A DNA stretch of 64,000 nucleotides from Parasutterella excrementihominis (GTDB lineage: Bacteria; Bacillota_I; Bacilli_A; RFN20; CAG-826), in assembly GCA_963614595.1 (NCBI GenBank), contig CAVECL010000006.1, positions 120 through 64,119 on the forward strand, read 5' to 3'. This document shows, in pieces, positions 27,733 to 36,420 of the stretch (its first letter is position 1; the number at the start of each line of letters is the position of its first letter). The notes under the pieces were generated by a model. That model was given only the letters and a program-made list of their open reading frames with translations. It did no database searches and was not told where the DNA came from. A program made the position numbers and the translations under genes.

Positions 27733-28531
27733 ATATCAGATGGAGAATGTCTTTTAAGGCGTAGGCAACGCCGCAGTCGACGCAATTTTTGGTGACGTAT
27801 TTGGCCACCGCTTTCACTTCTTCCATCGCGTTTCCCATCGCCACGCCTTCAAATTCCCGAATCATCCCGATATCGTTCCCGGAGTCTCCAAAAGCATAGA
27901 CGTCTTCTTTCTTAATGCCTAGCTTCTTGCAAATCGCGTAAGCGCCCGAGGCTTTGCTCACGCCTTTAGGCATGACTTCCAAAAAGTTGGGGCTGCTTCT
28001 GACGATCGTGTATTTCTTGTAATCCCCTGGCTCAAAGGCAATGCCTTTTGAAACCTCCGCCGAAGACGTGATCATGATTTTGGTCACTCCAAACTCATCA
28101 ATCGCCTCCAATCCTTTGTTTAAATCCCTATGTTGAGAAAAAGTATTGATGCCATATTCGAATTTCGCCCAAGGCTCCGGAAAATAAGAGCCCATAGAAT
28201 CATCTCCAATATAACAATAGACCCCTACGTCTTTCTGGCTTGAAAGCTCTTCTCTAAAATGAAGGAAGTCTTCTTTTGAGAGGGTCTTTTTCCAAAGCAA
28301 ATTGCCATCGTAGTCGTAAGCAACCGAACCCCCGGCCGCAATGACGAAGCGCTTGTCCGATTTGAAGCAATCCAAAAATTTCTTGCAGGAGCCAAAAGGC
28401 CTGCCGGAAGCAATGGCAATCGCGTTTCCTAAGTCCGCGAAGCGTTGAACGGCATCGATGTTGTCTTGGGGGATGGGGTCCTTATAGTTCGGGAGCAAGG
28501 TTCCATCAACATCGAAGCAAGCTAATTTCAT
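27731..28531 (-). CDS. Cof-type HAD-IIB phosphatase
   Basis: ORF trimmed to MKLACFDVDGTLL (DxDxT). GDSGNDIGM motif near the C-terminus. Confidence 0.85.
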   Translation of the reverse strand: MKLACFDVDGTLLPNYKDPIPQDNIDAVQRFADLGNAIAIASGRPFGSCKKFLDCFKSDKRFVIAAGGSVAYDYDGNLLWKKTLSKEDFLHFREELSSQKDVGVYCYIGDDSMGSYFPEPWAKFEYGINTFSQHRDLNKGLEAIDEFGVTKIMITSSAEVSKGIAFEPGDYKKYTIVRSSPNFLEVMPKGVSKASGAYAICKKLGIKKEDVYAFGDSGNDIGMIREFEGVAMGNAMEEVKAVAKYVTKNCVDCGVAYALKDILHLI

Positions 28532-28625
28532 AAAGGCATTGTAGGCGAATTTGCCTTCGCTTCCCAATGAATGCGCTTCCCAAGAAAGGGGGATGGTATT
28601 AGGATTTCCGAGCAGGAAAAGGTTT

Positions 28626-28964
28626 ATGCACGAATTAGGATTATGCAATGAGATGGTTCATACCCTTGAGGACCTCATGAAGAAAGAGGGCCTCAAATCC
28701 ATCAGGGAAATAACCGTGGAAATTGGGGAAATCACCGGCGTGCTGCCGCGCTATATGAAGGAATGTTGGGGGCCGGCAAGCGAAGGCACATTATTAGAAG
28801 GGGCTAGCCTCAAAATAGATTTCATCCCCGCGAAAGCTCATTGCAAAAACTGCGGCAAAGATTACCTGACCGCTAATAGCCCAAAATGCCCCTGCTGCGG
28901 CTCCGAAGAAAAGGAGCTGGAGAATGGCTTCGAATTTGAAATCACGGAAATCAAAGGAGAATAA
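28626..28964 (+). CDS. hypA: Nickel metallochaperone HypA
   Basis: ORF trimmed to MHELGLCNEMV (the MHE Ni-binding N-terminus). Zinc site CKNCG...CPCCG. 113 aa. Confidence 0.88.
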   Translation: MHELGLCNEMVHTLEDLMKKEGLKSIREITVEIGEITGVLPRYMKECWGPASEGTLLEGASLKIDFIPAKAHCKNCGKDYLTANSPKCPCCGSEEKELENGFEFEITEIKGE

Positions 28965-28971
28965 GCGTCGT

Positions 28972-30726
28972 TTACCGATGCACGGGTTTGGTCTTTTCAA
29001 TTAGGACATCTTTTAGATGGCCGCTCACCAAAGGCGAGAGTTTTTCTCTTACAAGGGCGTGATATTCGTTGAGGTAAGAGATTTCTTCGTCGCTCATGAT
29101 CGACAAGTCCAAAGCCGAGGTATCAATCGGAACATATGTAATATTCTCAAAACGGAAGAAATCTCCATCAGAAGTAGAGAAAGCTTTGACCGCGAGAATG
29201 TTGTTTTCTATGCGGATTCCATATTTTCCCGCTTTATAAACGCCGGGCTCAATGGACGTGATCATGCCAGGCTTGATCTCGCAGCCATCGTCCTTCCCTT
29301 TTGAAGCCTTGTAGCGGAAGCCATTCGGCGATTCATGCACCACATTCACATAACCTATGCCGTGCCCGGTGCCACACTTATAGTCCATCCCTTCTTTCCA
29401 CATGATTTGTCTCGCCATCATATCGATAGGTCTTCCTGAAGAGCCTTCAAGGAACAAGCAATTTGACAGCGCTATAACGGATTTCAAAGTAAGGGTGTAA
29501 TCGTGAACGAATTCGGGAGTCACTTCGCCCAAAGGGAAGGTGCGCGTCGTATCCGTCGTCCCGCAGAAATACTGTCCGCCGGAATCCACAAGGAGTTCCG
29601 GCCCTTTTTTCACCACATCGTGCGTCGTTTCGCTCGGGGCATAATGCATCATGGCGGCATTGGGGCCGGTGGCGGCGATCGTTTGGAAGGAATCTTCGAT
29701 ATAGTGCTTCCCTTCCTTTCTGAACTCGCCTAGTTTTAAGGCGAAATCCCATTCAGATAAGCCGTCGTTTTTGTGCTCGTCAACATAATCAATGAACTTA
29801 AGAAGAGCAACGCCATCCTCAGCTTGGGCATCCTTGATATTCTCGATTTCCTTCGGTCCTTTGATGGCTTTCATTAAGCGCGAAGGGGAAGGCCCGTGTA
29901 TTTGTTTTTTGAGAATGGAACAAACTCTCGCGTTTGCCTGGCTTGGATCAATTAACGTTAAAACGCTTTCCCTTTCTTTTAGGAAATCGGGCAGCGAGTC
30001 ATAAGGATGGATCTCAATCCCATGAAGAGGAAAGTCCAAACGCCCGTCTTCAATAAACAAATGCACCCCTTCTTTTAGAGAAAGATAGAGATAAGAATAG
30101 AAAACAGGAGTATATGGGATATCATTCCCGCGGATATTGAGCAAATAAGCAATATCGTCAAGCGTGGTGAGAAGATGGGCTTCCGCTCCGAATTTCGAAA
30201 TATCCTTTTTAACCTTTTCAAGCTTCTCTTCCCTGGATAAGTCATTGAAATCCAGCTCGTCGAATCTCCAAAGCTTTTCTTTAGGCAGAGAAGGGCGGCC
30301 CTCCACGAAAGAGGAATAGTCAACGTCTCTGACCTCCCCGCCTTTCTTAAGTTCTTTCTCTTCCTCCGGCGATATGAGAAGGAAATTTGTTCCTAAGGGA
30401 TATAAGGCGTTCTGAAGAATGTATTCCTCGGGACTAGGATAACCCGGAGTATAGAGTTTCATTAACTTGAAATAAGAACCCTCCAACTCCTTCTCCGCGG
30501 ATACGAAAAAACGGCCATCCGTGAAAAGAAGAGCTTCTTCCTGCGTGATTATCACATAGGCATTATCTCCATCAAAAGGACAAAAATACCGGCGTTCTGC
30601 GGCGAAATATGGGGAAGGCTCCTCTGAATCATGGGGATCTCCCGTAACAATCATATAGGCCTTAAGGCCGTCTTTTTTCATCCGCTTTCGAAGCAGATCA
30701 ACATGGGCATCAGAATAGGAAATCAT
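28972..30726 (-). CDS. Xaa-Pro aminopeptidase (M24B, with creatinase-like N-domains)
   Basis: 584 aa. The pita-bread C-domain carries DSGGQY..GTTDTTRT, HGIGY, and SIEPGVY...GIRIEN motifs. Confidence 0.88.
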   Translation of the reverse strand: MISYSDAHVDLLRKRMKKDGLKAYMIVTGDPHDSEEPSPYFAAERRYFCPFDGDNAYVIITQEEALLFTDGRFFVSAEKELEGSYFKLMKLYTPGYPSPEEYILQNALYPLGTNFLLISPEEEKELKKGGEVRDVDYSSFVEGRPSLPKEKLWRFDELDFNDLSREEKLEKVKKDISKFGAEAHLLTTLDDIAYLLNIRGNDIPYTPVFYSYLYLSLKEGVHLFIEDGRLDFPLHGIEIHPYDSLPDFLKERESVLTLIDPSQANARVCSILKKQIHGPSPSRLMKAIKGPKEIENIKDAQAEDGVALLKFIDYVDEHKNDGLSEWDFALKLGEFRKEGKHYIEDSFQTIAATGPNAAMMHYAPSETTHDVVKKGPELLVDSGGQYFCGTTDTTRTFPLGEVTPEFVHDYTLTLKSVIALSNCLFLEGSSGRPIDMMARQIMWKEGMDYKCGTGHGIGYVNVVHESPNGFRYKASKGKDDGCEIKPGMITSIEPGVYKAGKYGIRIENNILAVKAFSTSDGDFFRFENITYVPIDTSALDLSIMSDEEISYLNEYHALVREKLSPLVSGHLKDVLIEKTKPVHR

Positions 30727-31350
30727 TGCCTTGTCCTCCTTGGTCCGACGTAATTATAGACTTAGATCAAAAAGCAAGAGCTTCGTTGTTAAGAAAGAAT
30801 AACTTCTTCAATTGATTTTCTCATTCCACATCGAAATCCAGCCTAACCCTTAAAAGGAGTTCGTGAATTCATTGACTTGCCGATAACGATCAATCGTCTT
30901 TGCAAAAAAAGGTCCTTGTTGGAATCGTAGGCGCCTGCGCTCGCTTCATCAGAAAAAACGGCAAGACGTCCCCGCCACGATTAAAGTCGGCAGAACTTAC
31001 ATAAGCATTCGTCGCCGCAATATCGACTTCCCCATAATGGAAATCATTTCCTTTCGCGTTGCCAGGAACAAAGGTCCGGTATTCATTCATCTTGCCATGG
31101 CAAGTGTAGAGTCCCCTATGCTCCCATTAGACGCTGCAAAAGTATTTTTAAGCATCGCTTTGAGCTAACGTTGCATCCGGGAAAGCGAAGTGTCTACCAT
31201 TCGAGGAAAAAGCGTAATTCGCAAGGCTCTTTCCCGTAGCGCCGATGCGGCAAGCAATCCGTCAAGCCAGGATTCAAACCCACGAATCCACCTCGACAAA
31301 TTGAAAAAGAGGTATATCTTTAATTTTGCTTAACTTTATAAGGAGCACCT

Positions 31351-32685
31351 ATGCAAAAAGAACTAACCCTCAAAGACATCGAGAAAATCGCTTCCTCGCA
31401 GGAAGAGAGAATCGATCCGGTCAAACAGATGGCCGTAAGATATAACGGAATCGTTGATAGCTGCATTGACAGCAACGTGATGATGTCTTTGCAAAATGCC
31501 TTTTCAATCGAGGTCGATGCTGGAGACATCACCAATCAAAACCAATCCGGGCGCTGCTGGATGTTCGCCGGTCTCAACGTCCTCAGAAAAACCTTATTTG
31601 AGAAACTCGGAGTCAGGAGCATTGAGCTTTCGCAGGCTTATTTGCAGTTCTACGACAAATTAGAGAAAGCAAACTTCACCCTTGAGAAAGCAATCGACAT
31701 CGTCGATCAACCTATCAACAGCCGCCTTAACGCCTATCTATTGAAAAACGGCATCGCCGATGGCGGGCATTGGGCAATGTTCACCTCCTTGGTCAAGAAA
31801 TATGGCGTCCTTCCAAGTTCCATAATGAAAGACACCATCACCAACAGGTCCACCAGCGAGCTGAATAACGTCCTTCAAAACGTTATAGCAAACGACATCA
31901 AAGTTTTTCATGACATGGCGACAAAAGGCAAAAGCAAAGAGGACATGCGCAGGAAAAAGGAAGGAATGTTGGAAGAAATCTATCGAATCCTAGCCATCTC
32001 GTTAGGCGTGCCTCCGAAAAAATTCATTTTCGAATACAAAGACAAAAACGATAAATTCATACGCCTTCCTGAGATGAGCGGAATCGAATTCTATGAAAAA
32101 TACATCGGAATCGACTTAGACGATTGGATCTCCTTGAGCGACGCCGGGACTCTCGGCTGGGAAAAGGGCGTTCGTTATATCTCCCCTTACGTTGGCAACG
32201 TCATCGGAGGCGATCCCGTCACTTTCTTCGATGTGCCGGTAAGCGAGATGAGAAAAGCCGTCGTGTCTTCCTTGAAAGGCGGGGAAATCGTGTGGTTTGC
32301 TGCCGAAGTGGGCGCGAAATGTCTCAGAAAAGCCGGCTTCATGAGCCCAAGCCTCATTCGCCAGGATTTGCTCTTCGGCATCAAAGACAAGCTTAGCAAA
32401 GGGGAACAGCTCGACTACCAATCCACTTACTGCAGCCACGCGATGGCGTTCACTGGCGTGAATCTCGTCGCCAATAAGCCGAACCGTTACAAAATCGAGA
32501 ACTCTTGGGGAAGAGAGAATGGCGATGGAGGCTTCTATATCTGCGACGCCGCTTGGTTTGATTCCTACGTCTATCAAATTCTCGTGCGGAAGAAATACCT
32601 CCCCGCGGATTTGGTAAAGCAATATGAAGAAGCTCCCGTCAAAGAATGCGAACCCTTCAACGGGCTTTGGACAAGCTTAGATTAG
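31351..32685 (+). CDS. pepC: Aminopeptidase C / bleomycin hydrolase (C1B)
   Basis: Catalytic-Cys motif QNQSGRCWMFAGLN, later HAMAFTG and ENSWG. 444 aa. Confidence 0.92.
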   Translation: MQKELTLKDIEKIASSQEERIDPVKQMAVRYNGIVDSCIDSNVMMSLQNAFSIEVDAGDITNQNQSGRCWMFAGLNVLRKTLFEKLGVRSIELSQAYLQFYDKLEKANFTLEKAIDIVDQPINSRLNAYLLKNGIADGGHWAMFTSLVKKYGVLPSSIMKDTITNRSTSELNNVLQNVIANDIKVFHDMATKGKSKEDMRRKKEGMLEEIYRILAISLGVPPKKFIFEYKDKNDKFIRLPEMSGIEFYEKYIGIDLDDWISLSDAGTLGWEKGVRYISPYVGNVIGGDPVTFFDVPVSEMRKAVVSSLKGGEIVWFAAEVGAKCLRKAGFMSPSLIRQDLLFGIKDKLSKGEQLDYQSTYCSHAMAFTGVNLVANKPNRYKIENSWGRENGDGGFYICDAAWFDSYVYQILVRKKYLPADLVKQYEEAPVKECEPFNGLWTSLD

Positions 32686-32758
32686 GGAAGCGTTTTCAGG
32701 AAAGCGCCTTGAAAAAGGTGTTTTCTTTTCGTTCGGCCTGCCTAGAATAACGACGCTT

Positions 32759-34243
32759 ATGAAACTTCTTAAGCGCTTCAGAAAACTATTCGATCCCATT
32801 GACCTTACCAAGGGGAACATTTGGAAGGGGATACTCCTGTTCTTTTTTCCGATCGTCCTCTCGCTCATCCTTCAGCAAATTTACACCTTAACCGACACGA
32901 TCATCGTCGGGCAAAATCTCGGTGCGGCCGAAGTGGCTGGAGTCAATAGCAGCGCCCCTGCGGTTTGGATCATCATGCAGTTCGCGATCGGCGCGGCAAG
33001 CGGATTCTCCGTCATCACCGCCGAACGCTTTGGGGCAGGAGATGAGGAAGGGGCAAGGAAAAGCTATCTGGCCCAGATTATCCTAATGGTAATCATCTCA
33101 GCGGCCTTGGCGGGAATTGGCTGTCTCATGGTAGACCCTCTTTTGTCGCTTATCGGCATCAAAGGCGGGACGGGCGACCCTTCGATGCAAACCGAATACG
33201 AAGCGGCCAAAACCTATATCCTTATTTTATATATAGGAACATTCGCAACTGCCTTCTTCAACATGATTTTTGGGGTTTTGCGGAGTTACGGCGACTCTTT
33301 CACCCCTTTTTTGTTTTTGGTTTTCTCCGCCGCGGCAAACGTCGGCCTTGATCTTCTGTTCATCGTCGTCTTCCACTGGGGCGTAGCCGGAAGCGCTTGG
33401 GCAACCGTCATTTCGCAAGCTTTATCCGCGTTCGGCGCGATGGCTTATGCCGCGATTCGCTATCCCAAGATGCGCATCAAGAAAAGCGATTGGCATTTAT
33501 CGATGGGTTTCATCGTTCGTCATTTGAAAGATGGCCTGCCTTTGGCCTTTCAGTTCTCCATTCTCGAAATCGGCATAATCGTCATGCAAGCCGCAGTCAT
33601 CTCTTTCGACACGGATGCCACGGGGGCGATGATTGCCTCCACTCCCGCTCAGCTCGGCTATGGGGCGGCGAGCAAGGTATTCAACATCATGATGGCCCCG
33701 ATGAGCGGGCTAGGCACCGCAATGCTTTCTTACATGGGACAAAACCTCGGAGCAAACAACAAAGAGAGGCTTAGGAAAGGGTTCAAGGTCTCGATTATCC
33801 TAGCTCTTATCATTTGGGTCGTCGTCTGCGCGATCGGCTTGTTGCTTATGATCGGGGGCGCCTACCAAAGAATCTTCCTTTCCGCGGACAAGATTAACGA
33901 CGAGAGCCTCCGTTACGGAAATACCTATTTGTTCACCGTCATGCCTTTTATGGGCGTCCTTGCCCTGCTTTTCTTAGGCCGCAACGAATTGCAGGGTCTA
34001 GAAAAGCCACTGTTCCCTTTTCTCGCCGGAGTTGGCGAACTCATCGCGCGCGTTTTGATCTGCTTGTTCTTGCCTAGCCTAGTCAACGGAGGGGCTATTA
34101 CAAGCAGCGCAAGCGAAGCCGCCTTCATCTCCGTTTGCCTCGCGGACGCCTTGGCTTGGATTGCCGCCTGCGCATTCTTGCTCCCGGCCCTGTTCAAAAC
34201 CGCTTCAAAATGGAAAGACAAATCGGAGGAAAGCCAGCGATGA
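32759..34243 (+). CDS. MATE-family efflux transporter
   Basis: 494 aa with 12 TM helices. The N-terminal P..LS...QQ.Y...D...VG pattern is typical of MATE. Confidence 0.8.
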   Translation: MKLLKRFRKLFDPIDLTKGNIWKGILLFFFPIVLSLILQQIYTLTDTIIVGQNLGAAEVAGVNSSAPAVWIIMQFAIGAASGFSVITAERFGAGDEEGARKSYLAQIILMVIISAALAGIGCLMVDPLLSLIGIKGGTGDPSMQTEYEAAKTYILILYIGTFATAFFNMIFGVLRSYGDSFTPFLFLVFSAAANVGLDLLFIVVFHWGVAGSAWATVISQALSAFGAMAYAAIRYPKMRIKKSDWHLSMGFIVRHLKDGLPLAFQFSILEIGIIVMQAAVISFDTDATGAMIASTPAQLGYGAASKVFNIMMAPMSGLGTAMLSYMGQNLGANNKERLRKGFKVSIILALIIWVVVCAIGLLLMIGGAYQRIFLSADKINDESLRYGNTYLFTVMPFMGVLALLFLGRNELQGLEKPLFPFLAGVGELIARVLICLFLPSLVNGGAITSSASEAAFISVCLADALAWIAACAFLLPALFKTASKWKDKSEESQR

Positions 34244-34776
34244 GTCTATATGTAGTAAGACACGGGCAAACCGATTGGAACAAGAAATGGCTGATTCAAG
34301 GCAGAATCGATATCCCTTTGAATGAAGAGGGGATCAAACAGGCAAAACTCACGAAAGAGAAACTAGCGAAGATTAAGATCGACGTAATTTACGTCTCTCC
34401 CTTGCGAAGAGCGAGGCAAACCGCGGAAATAATAAACGAGGACCGTCATGCGCCTATCATCATTGACGAGCGCATCATCGAAGAATTCTATGGTGACATG
34501 GAAGGAAAGCCCCGTTCCGGAGAGGCCTATCTAACCCAACGAAAAAGTTTCTTCAAACGCTACCCCAACGGGGAAGGCTATCTTGACGTCGTCGCCAGGG
34601 TTTACCCCTTCCTAAACGAAATCAAGGCCACAAGACGAAACGAAAACGTTTTGCTTGTTTGCCATGGCGGCATGTCCAGAGTGCTCAATTCCTATTTCTA
34701 TGATATGGAAAACGAGGAATTCGTGAATTTCGGGCTCGATAATTGCGAAATCGCGACCTATGAGTTCAAAGATTAA
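34240..34776 (+). CDS. Histidine phosphatase (phosphoglycerate-mutase-like) family protein
   Basis: ORF trimmed to MSLYVVRHGQTDWN (RHG motif). The ATG overlaps the MATE stop (ATGA). GGAGGA SD is present. Confidence 0.88.
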   Translation: MSLYVVRHGQTDWNKKWLIQGRIDIPLNEEGIKQAKLTKEKLAKIKIDVIYVSPLRRARQTAEIINEDRHAPIIIDERIIEEFYGDMEGKPRSGEAYLTQRKSFFKRYPNGEGYLDVVARVYPFLNEIKATRRNENVLLVCHGGMSRVLNSYFYDMENEEFVNFGLDNCEIATYEFKD

Positions 34777-35375
34777 GCGGCGTGCTTAATTCGGCGCGTA
34801 TCGCCAAAAAGAACCAAGCTTTGCAGGGTTGATTGGAGATCCAAACTAGGATCACCATGCTCGGCAAAGCTTTTTTCTATGGTCTGTTTGAACTTAGGGT
34901 AAAGCTCTTTCATGTTATCATCAGCAACATGGTAACCCCTGGCGATGCCTTCCATGGCGATGCCGGAGAGGGTGAAAATCGGCCCTAAAGCAAAATCAGG
35001 AACCACCACTTTTTTCTGGGAATAAAGCACATAGGAGTAATAGGAGAAAAAGACGTCGCAGAGAGGATGGCAATCTTCGTTATCGTGATCATCAGGGTCC
35101 CAAGCGGGCCAGCGGACCGCGTTTTTCGTTCCAAGCAAAACCCCTCGGTTCACCCCGGCATCAATAAGGGCAATCAGCAAAGCGCGGAAACCGTCGTTCC
35201 CAAAATGCATGCGACCCATGAGGGAGCCTACCAGGGCCGGGATCATTTGTTTTTCCTCGCCCGTCGCCTTCTCCGGCAGCATATCCTCCGCCACTTTGCA
35301 GAAGAGACCGAAGCCCGTGGCTTGGTCAAGCATGTCCAATTGGTCAATTGCGACTTTCTCACGTTCGATTTTCAT
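34773..35375 (-). CDS. Hypothetical protein (last gene of the Vsr-Nudix operon)
   Basis: 200-aa ORF with AGGAG 7 nt upstream. No recognisable motif. Confidence 0.65.
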   Translation of the reverse strand: MKIEREKVAIDQLDMLDQATGFGLFCKVAEDMLPEKATGEEKQMIPALVGSLMGRMHFGNDGFRALLIALIDAGVNRGVLLGTKNAVRWPAWDPDDHDNEDCHPLCDVFFSYYSYVLYSQKKVVVPDFALGPIFTLSGIAMEGIARGYHVADDNMKELYPKFKQTIEKSFAEHGDPSLDLQSTLQSLVLFGDTRRIKHAA

Positions 35376-35439
35376 GTTCTATCTCCTAAAAAAGCTTCCG
35401 GAAAAGCTGGGGTTAATCGCCTTCCGAAAGCATGCATAT

Positions 35440-36414
35440 TCAAGCACGCTTCTTATTTTCATCAAGTCTTTTTCGCTTCTTTTTCTTGGCGCCTTTCTTC
35501 TTGGCCTCTTTGGGATAATAAGGTCCGTGGGTAGCGTATAGCTCGCCTCCGCGATATTCAAGAATCAATGAAAATGGGCGGGATTCTTTTTCTTCAAGAA
35601 GAGGTAGAAACGCCTTATCGCCTTCCCACATGGGGAGAGATGGCATCTCCTCTTTCTTGACCCAGGCGAGTTTCCCCTCGTCGCAGTCAATCAATTCGCC
35701 TGAGAAAGAAGTTACCTTGAAGAGGTACATCCTCTCCGGAGCGTAAGCGTCATTCAAAAAATCTATTTTGCCTAAGTAAGAATAGGCTTTCACATCAAGT
35801 CCGGTCTCTTCTTTTATTTCCCTTTTGAAAGCATGAACCATCGATTCGCCTTCTTCGATTTTGCCTCCGACCCCAATCCATTTTCCTTCATTCAGGTCAT
35901 TCTTCTTTTTAACGCGATGCAGAAGAAGATACCTCCCTTCGCTTTCAATGTAAGCCAAAGTGGTTTTCATCTTGATTGATTTCTGCCAGGCAAAAAGAGC
36001 TTCTCTTTCTTTGATTTTCTCCAAAATCTCCGCAAGAACCCTTTCTAATTCCTTCTCAATCTCTTTTCCCCAGTAACGCAAGACAAGGTAACCCTGCTTT
36101 TTTAGGGTTTCATTCACTTCCTTGTCTCTAGCAATATTCCGCTCGATCTTCGGAATCCAATAGGTCTGGTTCGAATGGATTTTGGTTTTGTTCTCTTCGA
36201 AATGGTAGCCATGCCAAAACTCGGAATCGCAGAAAATGGCGATTTTCAATTTCTCAATGCAGATATCGGGGTGTCCAAAAACTTTGGAGGAATATAGCCT
36301 GTAATGCACGCCAGAGCCAGAAAGCGCCTTGCGGAGAATAAGCTCTATGCCTGTATCCTTGCCACGGATGCGCGACATCGTGTAGGAAATGACTTTGGGG
36401 TCGCGGTTAGCCAT
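35440..36414 (-). CDS. Fusion protein: Vsr-like endonuclease domain + MutT-type Nudix hydrolase + Lys-rich tail
   Basis: The N-half MSRIRGKDTGIELILRKAL...GHPDICI...AIFCDSEFWHGYHF...YWIPKIERNIARDKEV...LRYW follows the Vsr pattern. The C-half has an intact Nudix box GKIEEGESMVHAFKREIKEETGL. The tail is KKKGAKKKKRKR. Confidence 0.8.
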   Translation of the reverse strand: MANRDPKVISYTMSRIRGKDTGIELILRKALSGSGVHYRLYSSKVFGHPDICIEKLKIAIFCDSEFWHGYHFEENKTKIHSNQTYWIPKIERNIARDKEVNETLKKQGYLVLRYWGKEIEKELERVLAEILEKIKEREALFAWQKSIKMKTTLAYIESEGRYLLLHRVKKKNDLNEGKWIGVGGKIEEGESMVHAFKREIKEETGLDVKAYSYLGKIDFLNDAYAPERMYLFKVTSFSGELIDCDEGKLAWVKKEEMPSLPMWEGDKAFLPLLEEKESRPFSLILEYRGGELYATHGPYYPKEAKKKGAKKKKRKRLDENKKRA

Positions 36415-36420
36415 GATTCC

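Noticed and set aside
31268-31292. A tRNA T-loop-like string, GGATTCAAACCC.
   Set aside because: No complementary T-stem, acceptor stem or anticodon arm can be drawn on either strand.
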